Below, piece by piece: positions 7,515 through 17,231 of a stretch of 64,000 bases of DNA. Below the pieces are notes generated by a model. The model was not told where the DNA came from. It saw only the letters and a list, made by a program, of their open reading frames with translations, and searched no databases. Positions within the stretch are counted from its first letter, which is position 1. The number at the start of each line of letters is the position of its first letter. The translations under genes and the position numbers were made by a program. Location: positions 400,247 to 464,246 of the forward strand of contig CAZNOH010000001.1 of assembly GCA_964574655.1 (NCBI GenBank). Direction: 5' to 3'. Origin of the DNA: an uncultured Candidatus Saccharibacteria bacterium (GTDB lineage: Bacteria; Patescibacteriota; JABMPQ01; JAQVVF01).

Positions 7515-10079
7515 ATGATTACATTTAATACAGGAAAATCAAAAATATTTCGTTATGCAGGATTAGTCAGATTCTTGCGAGTTTTTATTTTTAAGATTTT
7601 GTCTTTTTTTGTTTATTTATTAGGTATTTGTTCTTTTGCCTTTGTAATTTTATATAATTTTTCAAGTTTATATAATTTGAATTTTAACAGCAGAATGTTG
7701 GGTTTTGCGGTTATCTGCTTGGCTTTTTCTTTGTTCTATTTGTCATTCCATGTTTTTTATGAATCAGGAGTCAGAAATGTAAAGCCATTAATTCCTTTGA
7801 AAGATGCTTTGGCGATTGCAAAAAAAGACGGAAATATTAATTTAGCTGATTTTGTCTCTATCAATTTAGCAATTGCAATATCAAATGCTTTGAAGAAGAG
7901 CAAAAATAAAAAGGATGCGATGATTAATTCTTCTGATCTGCTTTTGGAATTATTGAAAGTGAAATCAATAAAATTTATTGTTAATCGTATTGGTCTAAGT
8001 GTTTTGGATTTAGAAAAATATGTTGAAGAATATGCGTCAGCAAAATCAAAACAATATCTGGATTCACCGCAAACATTGAAAAAAGCTTTAGAGGTTGGCT
8101 ATCTGGAAGGACATGAAATAATAAGTTGCGGTGATATTTTTGTTGTTTTGTCAGCTCTTGATCCTTTGATGAAAAAGATTTTGTTTGATTTAAATTTAAA
8201 GATTGAAGATATTGCGAATATTGTTTATTGGGAAACTTCTTTTTATAAATTTAGAAAAGAGAAGAATTTTGATCCGGATAAAATCAAGAGAAAGGGCGGG
8301 ATTGGTAGAGAGTGGGCATATGGTTATACTAGAGCGTTAAGAACATTTGGTCATGATTTGACTGATGAAATATTAAGAGGCGCGCTTCCTTTTCATATTA
8401 TTGGACATGAAAAAAATATCAATCAGATAGAAGATGTCCTTGTTCGCGCGACACATCATAATGTGATTTTACAAGGCGCTCCTGGCGTTGGTAAAAGAAC
8501 AGTTGTTTTGGGTCTTGCAAAAAGAATTCTGGAAGGTACTGCTTATTCTAGCTTAGCTAATAAGAGATTAATTGAATTAGATGTTGATAGATTGTTAGCT
8601 GGAGCACAAACTCCAGGTGAGATTATTGAAAGATTGGAAGCAGTAATGTCTGATGCTGTTGTTGCAGGCAATATTGTGTTGTTTATTGATAATATTCAGA
8701 AATTATTTGGTAGCGGTGAGGGCAAGGTTGGATCAATTGATGCTTCTCAAGTGTTAGTGCCATTTTTAGAGAATCCAAATTTATATTTTGTATCAACTGC
8801 TAATTCTGACGATTTTCATCAATATATTGAAACAAGATCAGCAGTATCTGATAAGTTTGAAGTTTTGGAGATTACTGAGCCTAATGAAAATGTGACCTTA
8901 AGAATTTTAGAAGATATGGCTCCAAAGCTAGAATCTCAAGGAGGAGTAATAATGAGCTATCCGGCTTTGAAATCCATCTACAAATTAGCTGATCAATTTT
9001 TGTATTCAAAGCCTTTTCCTGAAAAGGCAATTGATTTTTTGAATGAAACAATTGTTTTTGCTTCTGCTTTTGGCAGAGGAACAATTGTTTTGCCAAAACA
9101 CATTGAAACTTTGATGAAGAAAAAAGTTAAGGCGCCGATAGGCGAGGCTGAAGGCGCAGAAAAACAATTGTTATTGCATTTGGAAGACTTTTTGCATAAG
9201 CGTGTTGTTGATCAAGAAGAAGCAATAAGGGTAGTTTCTGATGCTTTGAGGCGTGCAAGATCAGGCGTTGAAGCAGGAAATAAACCAGTGGGTAGTTTCT
9301 TATTTTTAGGACCAACTGGAGTTGGAAAGACTGAAACCACAAAAGCACTTGCAGAAGCTTATTTTGGTTCGGAGAAATCAATGATACGTTTTGATATGTC
9401 AGAATATCAGGATCAAGCCTCTGTTTATCGTTTGATTGGTCCTCCTCCTGGAACGACTGAGGCGAAAGCTGGCGGTGAATTAACAAATGCAATTAAAGAT
9501 AATCCTTTTACTGTTGTTTTGTTTGACGAAGTCGAAAAAGCGCACAAAGATATTTTGAATTTATTTTTACAAATGTTGGACGAGGGCTGGTTGACTGATT
9601 CTTTAGGAAGAAAAGTAAAGTTTAATAATGCCATGATTATTGCAACATCAAATGCTGGAGCTAACTTGATTCAAGATGGTATAAGACAACATCTCGATCC
9701 AGTAGTTTTAAAAGAGAGATTAATAAATTATTTACAGGCCGAGGGCATATTTAGGCCGGAATTTTTGAATAGATTCACTTCTGTCGTTTATTTCAAGCCT
9801 TTGGAAAAAGAGCATGTTTTACAAATTACGAAAATGTTATTAGGTAAACTAGTCAAAAGATTAGAACAAGAAAAGGGAATTTATTTGAGAATTGATGAGC
9901 CAGGAATTGAAAGATTGGCTGAGCTTGGTTTTGATCCTTTGATGGGTGCAAGGCCTATCATGAGGACAATTCAAAACTATGTTGAAAATATTTTGGCAAA
10001 GAAGATGTTAACTGGTGAAGTTAAAAGAGGAAGTCAGTTTGTGATTACTTTAGTTGATATCAATAATACAAAACAATAA
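7515..10079 (+). CDS. Membrane-anchored Clp/Hsp100-family double-AAA+ ATPase (ClpA/ClpC-like, no ClpB M-domain)
   Basis: N-terminal TM helices. D1 Walker A GAPGVGKRT with a degenerate Walker B LFIDN. D2 Walker A GPTGVGKTE and Walker B FDEVEKAH. Confidence 0.75.
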   Translation: MITFNTGKSKIFRYAGLVRFLRVFIFKILSFFVYLLGICSFAFVILYNFSSLYNLNFNSRMLGFAVICLAFSLFYLSFHVFYESGVRNVKPLIPLKDALAIAKKDGNINLADFVSINLAIAISNALKKSKNKKDAMINSSDLLLELLKVKSIKFIVNRIGLSVLDLEKYVEEYASAKSKQYLDSPQTLKKALEVGYLEGHEIISCGDIFVVLSALDPLMKKILFDLNLKIEDIANIVYWETSFYKFRKEKNFDPDKIKRKGGIGREWAYGYTRALRTFGHDLTDEILRGALPFHIIGHEKNINQIEDVLVRATHHNVILQGAPGVGKRTVVLGLAKRILEGTAYSSLANKRLIELDVDRLLAGAQTPGEIIERLEAVMSDAVVAGNIVLFIDNIQKLFGSGEGKVGSIDASQVLVPFLENPNLYFVSTANSDDFHQYIETRSAVSDKFEVLEITEPNENVTLRILEDMAPKLESQGGVIMSYPALKSIYKLADQFLYSKPFPEKAIDFLNETIVFASAFGRGTIVLPKHIETLMKKKVKAPIGEAEGAEKQLLLHLEDFLHKRVVDQEEAIRVVSDALRRARSGVEAGNKPVGSFLFLGPTGVGKTETTKALAEAYFGSEKSMIRFDMSEYQDQASVYRLIGPPPGTTEAKAGGELTNAIKDNPFTVVLFDEVEKAHKDILNLFLQMLDEGWLTDSLGRKVKFNNAMIIATSNAGANLIQDGIRQHLDPVVLKERLINYLQAEGIFRPEFLNRFTSVVYFKPLEKEHVLQITKMLLGKLVKRLEQEKGIYLRIDEPGIERLAELGFDPLMGARPIMRTIQNYVENILAKKMLTGEVKRGSQFVITLVDINNTKQ

Positions 10080-10087
10080 GAGATATT

Positions 10088-10600
10088 ATGAATAGTATTT
10101 ATATTTTGGAAGTCGGGAGGGTTGATGATCTGGATTGGCGAAAATTAGAAAACGGTTTAGTAAAAATTTTTAATTTTAAGATAAAAAAAATCGGGCCTGT
10201 TGATGTGCCTGATTTTGCTTTTAATTCAGAAAAAAATCAGTATGATGCAGAAAAAATTTTGCTAGATACTCAAAATATTAATTTTGATGATTTGGAAAAA
10301 ATATTGGTTGTTACGGAGAAAGATATATTTGCTTTAGAATACAATTATATTTTTGGACAAGGAGATTGCCCAGGCAGACAAAGTATTGTTTCAATATTTC
10401 GTTTGCTAGATAAAGACAAAAATTTATTTGAGGAGCGAGTTTTAAAAGAGGCAATTCATGAGTTGGGACATAATTTTGGACTTTCTCATTGTCCAATAAA
10501 AACTTGTCCAATGTATTTTTCTAATAATGCAGTAGATACAGATTTGAAAGAAATTGAGTTGTGTGAAAAATGTAATAATTTGTTAAAAATGGTAAAATAA
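10088..10600 (+). CDS. Archaemetzincin-like zinc metallopeptidase (M54)
   Basis: HELGHNFGLSHC (HExxHxxGxxH). C-terminal CPMYF...CEKC cysteine motif. Confidence 0.7.
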   Translation: MNSIYILEVGRVDDLDWRKLENGLVKIFNFKIKKIGPVDVPDFAFNSEKNQYDAEKILLDTQNINFDDLEKILVVTEKDIFALEYNYIFGQGDCPGRQSIVSIFRLLDKDKNLFEERVLKEAIHELGHNFGLSHCPIKTCPMYFSNNAVDTDLKEIELCEKCNNLLKMVK

Positions 10601-10660
10601 TGCGGAATTGCTAAAATTGTTATAATGTTTTATATTAAAAATGAAGTTAAGTAAAATTAT

Positions 10661-11025
10661 ATGGATAAACAAACTAAAAAAGAATTTACAACGCTCAAAA
10701 AAGGATTTACTACACTCAATAAAGAATTTACAGATCTGAAGAAAGTAATAAAAAATGGATTTAAGACGCAAGATGTTAAGTTTAATAATTTGCATGATAG
10801 AATTGATGATCTAGCTATGATGGTAAAAAAAAGTTTGATCAGAATAGTAAAGAGCATGAACAAAATAGAATAGAACATGAGCAAAATAGAAGAGAGCATG
10901 AAGAGATTTTAAACGAATTGGCAGAAGTTGATTTGAAATTAGGGGAAAAAGCAATGTGTGGTGATTATATTGATTTAGAGAGTCGTGTTGATGTTATCGA
11001 AAGAAAATTATTTCCGATTAGATAG
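10661..11025 (+). pseudogene. Small coiled-coil protein interrupted by a frameshift at an A8 homopolymer (10825-10832)
   Basis: Frame 1 MDKQ..MMVKK terminates at 10873. The +2 frame continues as KFDQNSKEHEQNRIEHEQNRREHEEILNELAEVDLKLGEKAMCGDYIDLESRVDVIERKLFPIR to about 11025. An A9 tract would fuse the two frames. Confidence 0.4.
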
Positions 11026-11057
11026 GCGTAATTTCCAGACAACAGTAAAAGCCTCCC

Positions 11058-11085
11058 ATCCGCCTTCGCTGTTGCTTCGGCGGAT
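11058..11085. repeat. GC-rich CTTCGG hairpin mini-element, copy C (diverged)
   Basis: ATCCGCC-ttcgctgttgcttc-GGCGGAT. Confidence 0.5.
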
Positions 11086-11095
11086 ACTTTGCATA

Positions 11096-11830
11096 CTATT
11101 TTTTTGGAATTATTTGTTGTTTAGAGTTTAGTTTTAATTTCCAGACAATCCAAAAAGCTTCGTAAAATATTTTCTTTGAAAATTTAGAAATACCATTTTT
11201 GCGATCAGCAAAGACAATCGGTATTTCTTTTATTTTAAAGCCTGCTAACTTTGTTTTGAAAGCCATTTCAATTTGAAAAGAATAACCATCAGATTGAATT
11301 TGATCAAGATTGATTTTTTCTAAAACTTGACGTTTATAGCAACGGAATCCAGAAGTTAAATCATTAATTTCAAGCCTTAAGATTGTTTTGGCATATAATG
11401 TTCCAAAGCGACTGATTAATTTTCGATATAGCTCCCAATTTTTTGTTGATCCACCATCAATATACCGTGAGCCGATAACTAGATCTGAATCTTGCATTGC
11501 CTTCAAAAAAGAGGGGATACTGTGCGGATTGTGCGAGAAATCAGCATCCATTTCAAAGATATAATCAGCGCCTAAAAAGAGCGCTTTTTTAAATCCAGCA
11601 ATATAAGCAGAGCCTAGTCCCATTTTAGCTTCTCTGTCGATGACATAGAGTTGTTTTGGGAGGTTTTCACTCAATCTTTGGGCCATAATGCCTGTTCCAT
11701 CAGGCGAATTGTCGTCAACAATGATAATATTGCCATCAATATTGTTATCTCTAAAGACAGTTAAGATTTCTCGAACGATTTTTTTGAAGTTATCTACTTC
11801 GTTGAATGTAGGTAAAACGATACTGATCAT
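11096..11830 (-). CDS. GT2 glycosyltransferase, Dpm1/polyprenol-phosphate glycosyltransferase-like
   Basis: MISIVLPTFNEVDN...IIVDDNSPDGT and GT2 fold motifs. Confidence 0.75.
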   Translation of the reverse strand: MISIVLPTFNEVDNFKKIVREILTVFRDNNIDGNIIIVDDNSPDGTGIMAQRLSENLPKQLYVIDREAKMGLGSAYIAGFKKALFLGADYIFEMDADFSHNPHSIPSFLKAMQDSDLVIGSRYIDGGSTKNWELYRKLISRFGTLYAKTILRLEINDLTSGFRCYKRQVLEKINLDQIQSDGYSFQIEMAFKTKLAGFKIKEIPIVFADRKNGISKFSKKIFYEAFWIVWKLKLNSKQQIIPKK

Positions 11831-11869
11831 AGTTTTTGGCTTTAAAAAGGTATTTACTAAGCACTAAGA

Positions 11870-13414
11870 ATGTTATATAATAATTTTAGCATAATTTTAT
11901 GCTTTTTCAAAGGATATTTTATGAATAAAAAGCCTGATTTTAGGCAATTATTGGCTAAAATTAAGAAAATTGATTGGTGGACAGAAGAGGCGCCTGGTGT
12001 TTATCAAAAGTTTTTGTATCCTGTTGCTTCGGCAATTGGTCAACGACGTTTTTTTCATCCTAAATATTTAGATTTTGTAATTTTTGTATTTGAAAACGAT
12101 TTTGTACATGAAGAAAGTCCAATTAATCAAAAGCAAGAGATTTATAAGTATATTTATAAAAAAGTAGAAAAAGACAAAAGTTATTTAAAAAAAAGGAGAA
12201 AAGAATCTTTGGAATCTGCGAGACGTTATATTTGCAAAGGCAATTTTTTCGAAAAAAATCAGAAGAAGCTGACAAATAAGCAAGTTTGGCAATTGTACAA
12301 AAAGTTTGTTCAGGGTGATTATTATGATTATGTTTGTTATGGATATATGCTTGAATGTGCTGATGTGGTAAATTTTCAAGGATTGGTAAAGAAAGAGAAA
12401 AAACAGTTGGATGATGAAAACATTGAAAAAATTTGTTTTGTGCTTGGAGTGCCAGCTATTTTGAGCTTTATGGAGAAAGCTAGAATTATTTTTTTGGAAG
12501 CTATATTATCGTCAGACCATGAGCAAAGAGAAAACAAAATTAAAGAGTTGGCAAAAAAATACTATTGGCTGGAAAATAATTATAAAAGAGCAAAAATTTT
12601 GGAAACTGGCGATTTTAATGAAAAAATTAAAGGCGAACTGAAAAAAGTTAAGAGAAATGATTTAAAGAAGGAACTATCAAGCTTAAAATCAAAAGTTGGC
12701 AAACTATTAAAAGAAAAACAAGCAATTAAAGAGAAATATAAATTTTCTCAAGATTTATTGTTAAATTTTGAAATTTTAGAATATATTGGTTCATGGAGCG
12801 ATGAGAGAAAGGCGAATATGATGCAAGCGAATCATTATCTTGAAGCTTTTTGTCAAGAAATAGCTAAAAGATTTGGAATTAAAGTTGAAGACATTAATTA
12901 TTATTTGGTTGAAGAAATCAAAGATTTATTATTGAAAGGCGTTAAAGTTAAAAAGGATATTTTAAAAAAACGCAGAGATTTTTCAGCGATTGTAATGACG
13001 CCTGGCAGAACAAAAAGAGATGTTAAAATGGAATTTTATTATGAAAAAAATGCTAAAAAGATTTATAATGCAATTTTTGAAAGGCAAGAATCTTTAGAAA
13101 TCAGAGGACAAGTTGCTTCAGCACCAGTTGAAAGGATTTATGGTCAAGTGCAGTTAGTTTTGGATCCTGATAATGTTGAATTTAAAAAAGGCAGAATACT
13201 GCTGACAACAATGACAAGGCCGGATTTTATTCCTATTGCAAGATTAGCGAGTGCAATAATTACTGATGAGGGCGGAATAACATGTCATGCTGCTATTTTG
13301 GCTCGGGAAATGGGCGTTCCTTGTATTATTGGTACAAAAAAGGTAACTAAAGTTTTGAAAGATGGAGATAACATAGAAATGGATCTAAAAACAGGAATAA
13401 TTAAATTAATTTAA
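11870..13414 (+). CDS. Protein with a C-terminal PEP-utilizer phosphohistidine (swivel) domain and a novel N-terminal domain. First of two paralogs.
   Basis: C-terminus ITDEGGITCHAAILAREMGVPCIIGT (PEP-utilizers domain, catalytic His). The N-terminal ~380 aa have no known motif. The true start may be the downstream MNKKPDF. Confidence 0.6.
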   Translation: MLYNNFSIILCFFKGYFMNKKPDFRQLLAKIKKIDWWTEEAPGVYQKFLYPVASAIGQRRFFHPKYLDFVIFVFENDFVHEESPINQKQEIYKYIYKKVEKDKSYLKKRRKESLESARRYICKGNFFEKNQKKLTNKQVWQLYKKFVQGDYYDYVCYGYMLECADVVNFQGLVKKEKKQLDDENIEKICFVLGVPAILSFMEKARIIFLEAILSSDHEQRENKIKELAKKYYWLENNYKRAKILETGDFNEKIKGELKKVKRNDLKKELSSLKSKVGKLLKEKQAIKEKYKFSQDLLLNFEILEYIGSWSDERKANMMQANHYLEAFCQEIAKRFGIKVEDINYYLVEEIKDLLLKGVKVKKDILKKRRDFSAIVMTPGRTKRDVKMEFYYEKNAKKIYNAIFERQESLEIRGQVASAPVERIYGQVQLVLDPDNVEFKKGRILLTTMTRPDFIPIARLASAIITDEGGITCHAAILAREMGVPCIIGTKKVTKVLKDGDNIEMDLKTGIIKLI

Positions 13415-13462
13415 AATTATATGGCAAAAACATTTGAACAAATAATTTAAATCAAATAATTT

Positions 13463-14890
13463 ATGAGGAATAAGTGGCTTATCTATACAAGAGGCGCTAT
13501 ACCATTATTTCGAATTGAATTGTTTATTCAAGGTTTGTTTGATTATCAAAAATTAAACAAAGATTTTGAAGTAAAGAATATTATTTTTTACAATAGTGGC
13601 AAGAAAGTTTGGTTTGGATGGAAAGATGGAGAAATAAAAAAGATCTGTCGGAAAATTGTGAAAAAATGTTATGACAGGAGCATCATTGAATATTTAGATG
13701 ATTGGCAAAAACAAGCAAAAGAAATTATTAATTTTTCTAATGAGTTCCTAAAAATTAATTTGAAGAAATCTAGCCAAAAAGATTTATTAATGCTATTTGA
13801 TAAGATATATGCGCAAAGTTTTGGTCCTTTGGCTGTTTTAAATACTTATATTGACGCAATCGATATTGTTTTTGAAAAAGAATTAATAAAATCATTAAAG
13901 AAAGAATTAGTAGGCAAGTTAGATGATAATGAATTTTTAAATTTTTATCGTCAGATTTCAAAGCCAATCTTTTTGTCTTACGTTGCATTGGAAGAAAAGG
14001 AATTGTTAAAAATAAAATTAGACTTGAACAATAAAAATGTTCAATGGTTGGCAATAAATTTTTGGTGGACAGCATTGGGATGGGAAGGTTTGGAAACTAA
14101 AGGTATAAAGTATTTTTCAGCTAAATTAAAAAAAATAGATAAGAAGCAAGCTAAAAAGAGACTTAATAAGATGGAAAAAGGTTTGTCCAAAACTAGGAAT
14201 TTAAGAGGGCAATTGATTGAAAAATATAAATTATCAAATAAGATAATGTTTTGGCTTGATTTATGTGATAAATTTGCAGTAGTTCATGATTTAAGAAAAG
14301 AAATACAGATGAGGACTGTCTATTGTTTTTTTATTATTTTGACAGAAACAGCAAAAAGGATGGGATACAATGTGCTTGATTTGGAATATTTGGCTTTTCA
14401 GGAAATAAGAATAATGCTTAAATCAGGAATAATAGAGAGGGATAAAATATTGGATAGAAAAAAGTCTTATGCGGTATTGTCTAGTTCGAGGCAAATTAAA
14501 TATTTTAATTCAAAACAATCAAAAGTTATTTTTAATCAGGAAATTAGTAGTCAAAGTGTGAAGACTAAAGAATTGTCAGGAATGAGCGCAGGCGCGCAGA
14601 GAAATGTGACAGGCAAAGTTAAAGTTTGTGCTGGATATAAAGAAGCAATTAGAAAAATTAAAAAAGGCGATATTCTTGTTTGTGGAATGACTTTGCCTGA
14701 TTATGTTCCTGCAATGAAATTAGCATCTGGTATAATAACTAATGAAGGCGGAATTACTTGTCATGCTGCAATTTTATCTAGAGAGTTGGATATTCCATGT
14801 ATTGTTGGAACAAAAATAGCGACTGAAGTGTTAAAAGATGGAATGTTTGTAGAAATGGATACAAAAAGAGGAATTGTAAAAATAATTTAA
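13463..14890 (+). CDS. Protein with a C-terminal PEP-utilizer phosphohistidine (swivel) domain. Second paralog.
   Basis: C-terminus ITNEGGITCHAAILSRELDIPCIVGT. Paralogous to the upstream ORF. Confidence 0.6.
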   Translation: MRNKWLIYTRGAIPLFRIELFIQGLFDYQKLNKDFEVKNIIFYNSGKKVWFGWKDGEIKKICRKIVKKCYDRSIIEYLDDWQKQAKEIINFSNEFLKINLKKSSQKDLLMLFDKIYAQSFGPLAVLNTYIDAIDIVFEKELIKSLKKELVGKLDDNEFLNFYRQISKPIFLSYVALEEKELLKIKLDLNNKNVQWLAINFWWTALGWEGLETKGIKYFSAKLKKIDKKQAKKRLNKMEKGLSKTRNLRGQLIEKYKLSNKIMFWLDLCDKFAVVHDLRKEIQMRTVYCFFIILTETAKRMGYNVLDLEYLAFQEIRIMLKSGIIERDKILDRKKSYAVLSSSRQIKYFNSKQSKVIFNQEISSQSVKTKELSGMSAGAQRNVTGKVKVCAGYKEAIRKIKKGDILVCGMTLPDYVPAMKLASGIITNEGGITCHAAILSRELDIPCIVGTKIATEVLKDGMFVEMDTKRGIVKII

Positions 14891-14893
14891 GTT

Positions 14894-15151
14894 ATGAAAT
14901 ATATTTCTTTATGGAAAAGAGAGTATACTCCTCAATATGTTGATAATTATATGAGAGCATTGGGAATAAATAATAGTCTTTATAATCTAAAGACAATTTT
15001 GTGTTATCCAAGTGATCATATGGAAGTAAATGTTTGCAAAGAAGATGATTTTGAAAGATATATTACTCATGTTTTTGATTTTTTTGGAAAAGATTTGAGT
15101 AAATTTAAAATTTTGGAAGATAATTTGAAAAAAAATGGTTTAAATATATGA
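14894..15151 (+). CDS. Hypothetical protein (operon member)
   Basis: ORF tightly packed in the operon. No motif. Confidence 0.3.
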   Translation: MKYISLWKREYTPQYVDNYMRALGINNSLYNLKTILCYPSDHMEVNVCKEDDFERYITHVFDFFGKDLSKFKILEDNLKKNGLNI

Positions 15152-15900
15152 AAAAAGTGTTTAAAATTTACAAAAAAATTGAAGAAACAAACTTATTAAA
15201 GTTGAGTTCTGTTTTTCTTGGTTTTGTAGTTGGAAAAAATAAGGATAAGCAAATAAAGCCATTTTTTAAAAATTCTTTTGTAGTTGCTAGAGAGAATGAA
15301 GGAATATTATATTGGCAAGAAGAAAGTTTTGAAAAAACGATAACAAAGTTAGATAGCTTACTTCAGAAAAAACCAAAATATAATCTTGAATTATTGAAAA
15401 AAATTGGCAAAAAGGCAAAAGAAATTAAAAAGATAACTGCTAAGATTTTGAAATCAAAGCTGAATAAAAAAAGTAATTCTGAAATGATAAAGTTGCTACA
15501 GCAATTGTATAATGTCGAAATGGAATGGGCGGATATGTTGGCTGTTCCGAATATTCTTATTTTGGGATTTAAAGAAACTTTAAGTCCAGAAAAAGAACTT
15601 ATTTTATCTAAAGTAAAACCAGGTGAATTTGTGAGTTTTGTAGTTGATACGGAGAATATGATGAATCAGGCTATGAATTTGGTGATTAAAGAAATATCTA
15701 GACGGACATTTTATTCTGTTAATCAATTGAATTATGCTTTGCCTATCGAAATAAAGGATATAATTAATAAAAAAGGATTGAAAAGATATGAATTAGAGGA
15801 AAGGCAAAAAATTTGTTTGGTGCAATGCAATAGAAATGGTAAATTAAAGATAATCGATGGTGATGAGGCAAGAAAATTTATAAAAAAGAATGCAAAATAA
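15148..15900 (+). CDS. Hypothetical protein (operon member)
   Basis: ATGA overlap with the upstream ORF. No motif. Confidence 0.35.
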   Translation: MKKVFKIYKKIEETNLLKLSSVFLGFVVGKNKDKQIKPFFKNSFVVARENEGILYWQEESFEKTITKLDSLLQKKPKYNLELLKKIGKKAKEIKKITAKILKSKLNKKSNSEMIKLLQQLYNVEMEWADMLAVPNILILGFKETLSPEKELILSKVKPGEFVSFVVDTENMMNQAMNLVIKEISRRTFYSVNQLNYALPIEIKDIINKKGLKRYELEERQKICLVQCNRNGKLKIIDGDEARKFIKKNAK

Positions 15901-16849
15901 TTACATCATTCCATTTGAAAAATTAAATAAGGATTCAATTTTTGAAGCTGGAGGCAAAGGCGCTTCTTTGGGGGAAATGTTGGAGCATGGTTTTCCTGTT
16001 CCTAGTGGTTTTGTGATTTCAGCAAAAGCTTTTGAGAAATATATAGATGATAATGATATTAATGTCGAGATTATAAAATATTTAGCTAAAGTAAATTTGA
16101 AAGATATGGAAAGCGTTGAAGAAGCTTCAGAAGTGATAATAAGTTTAGTTAGAGATGGCAAGATGGATGAAAATTTACAAAAATTGATACTTGCTGAATT
16201 TAAAAAACAGAAAATGGATTTAGTGGCTGTTAGATCAAGCGCAACTGCCGAAGATTCTAAAATTGATTCTTGGGCAGGAGAACTGGAATCTTATCTAGAC
16301 GTAAATAAGAAAGATTTGATTCAGAAAATAAAATTATGTTGGGCATCTCTATTTACTCCTAGAGCAATATTTTATCGCTTAGAGCGCAAATTAGGCGGAA
16401 AAAAAGTGATGGTAGCTGTAGTTGTTCAGAAGATGGTGCAGTCCGAAGTTTCAGGAGTTGCTTTCTCTGTTCACCCAGTAACAAGAGATAAAAATCAAAT
16501 GATAATTGAGGCAGGGTATGGATTAGGTGAGGCGATTGTTGCTGGATTGATTACGCCAGACGCATATATTATTGATAAGCGCAATTTTGAAATTATTGAT
16601 AAGAATATGTCTAAGCAGACTCTTATGATAATAAGAAACAAAAAAGCAAGAAAACAAAAAAACACTATTGATACTAGCGTGCCTAAATCAAAGATAGAAA
16701 GACAAAAATTAAGTAATAACAAAATTATTGAATTGGCTAAAATAGTTAAAAATATTGAGAAACATTATAAAAGGCCGATGGATATTGAATGGGCTTTGGA
16801 AAAGGGAAAATTATATGTTGTACAAGCAAGACCAATCACGACATTGTAA
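15890..16849 (+). CDS. Stand-alone PPDK_N / PEP-synthase-type ATP-grasp nucleotide-binding domain protein
   Basis: EAGGKGASLGEM...VAVRSSATAEDS...MVAVVVQKMV...IIEAGYGLGEAIV...VQARPIT is a complete pyruvate phosphate dikinase N-terminal-like domain. There is no swivel or TIM-barrel domain. Confidence 0.7.
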   Translation: MQNNYIIPFEKLNKDSIFEAGGKGASLGEMLEHGFPVPSGFVISAKAFEKYIDDNDINVEIIKYLAKVNLKDMESVEEASEVIISLVRDGKMDENLQKLILAEFKKQKMDLVAVRSSATAEDSKIDSWAGELESYLDVNKKDLIQKIKLCWASLFTPRAIFYRLERKLGGKKVMVAVVVQKMVQSEVSGVAFSVHPVTRDKNQMIIEAGYGLGEAIVAGLITPDAYIIDKRNFEIIDKNMSKQTLMIIRNKKARKQKNTIDTSVPKSKIERQKLSNNKIIELAKIVKNIEKHYKRPMDIEWALEKGKLYVVQARPITTL

Positions 16850-16911
16850 ATTTGTGGATATTATTAGTAGATAATATGTTATAATAATTTGAAAAATAAT
16901 TTTAAAACAAA

Positions 16912-17178
16912 ATGACAAAAGAAGATTTGGAGCAATTTCGCGATATAGTTTATAAGGTTTTTAGAGATAAATTTTCATCATACATTAGGAAAAATATTAA
17001 GAAAAATAAAAAAGCAAGAGTTTTAAAAGAGCGTAGAATGCATGTTTTATTTGAAAAAAGAGACGAAGTATTGAGATTATGCAGAGAAGTTAAGTATGGG
17101 GCAAGAAGAAATAGAATTAAAGCAGAAAAAATGTTGTTTAATACAAATAATTATCTTAAGAAACATAGAAATGCTTGA
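16912..17178 (+). CDS. Small basic hypothetical protein
   Basis: 88 aa, K/R-rich. No motif. Confidence 0.3.
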   Translation: MTKEDLEQFRDIVYKVFRDKFSSYIRKNIKKNKKARVLKERRMHVLFEKRDEVLRLCREVKYGARRNRIKAEKMLFNTNNYLKKHRNA

Positions 17179-17206
17179 TTTTGTGGATAAAAAGGGCTAA
17201 AATGAG

Positions 17207-17231
17207 CATGTAATATTTACATGTTTTTTTT
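17207..17231 (+). terminator. Hairpin CATGTAA-tat-TTACATG plus T8, abutting the pfkB start codon (terminator or attenuator)
   Basis: The stem-loop is followed by tttttttt and then ATG at 17232. Confidence 0.4.

Noticed and set aside
16850-17195. DnaA-box-like TGTGGATAA (17185) and TGTGGATAT (16852) flanking the small gene 16912..17178, as a possible oriC
   Set aside because: There are only two boxes, no dnaA/dnaN nearby and no AT-rich DNA-unwinding element cluster. This is probably coincidental.
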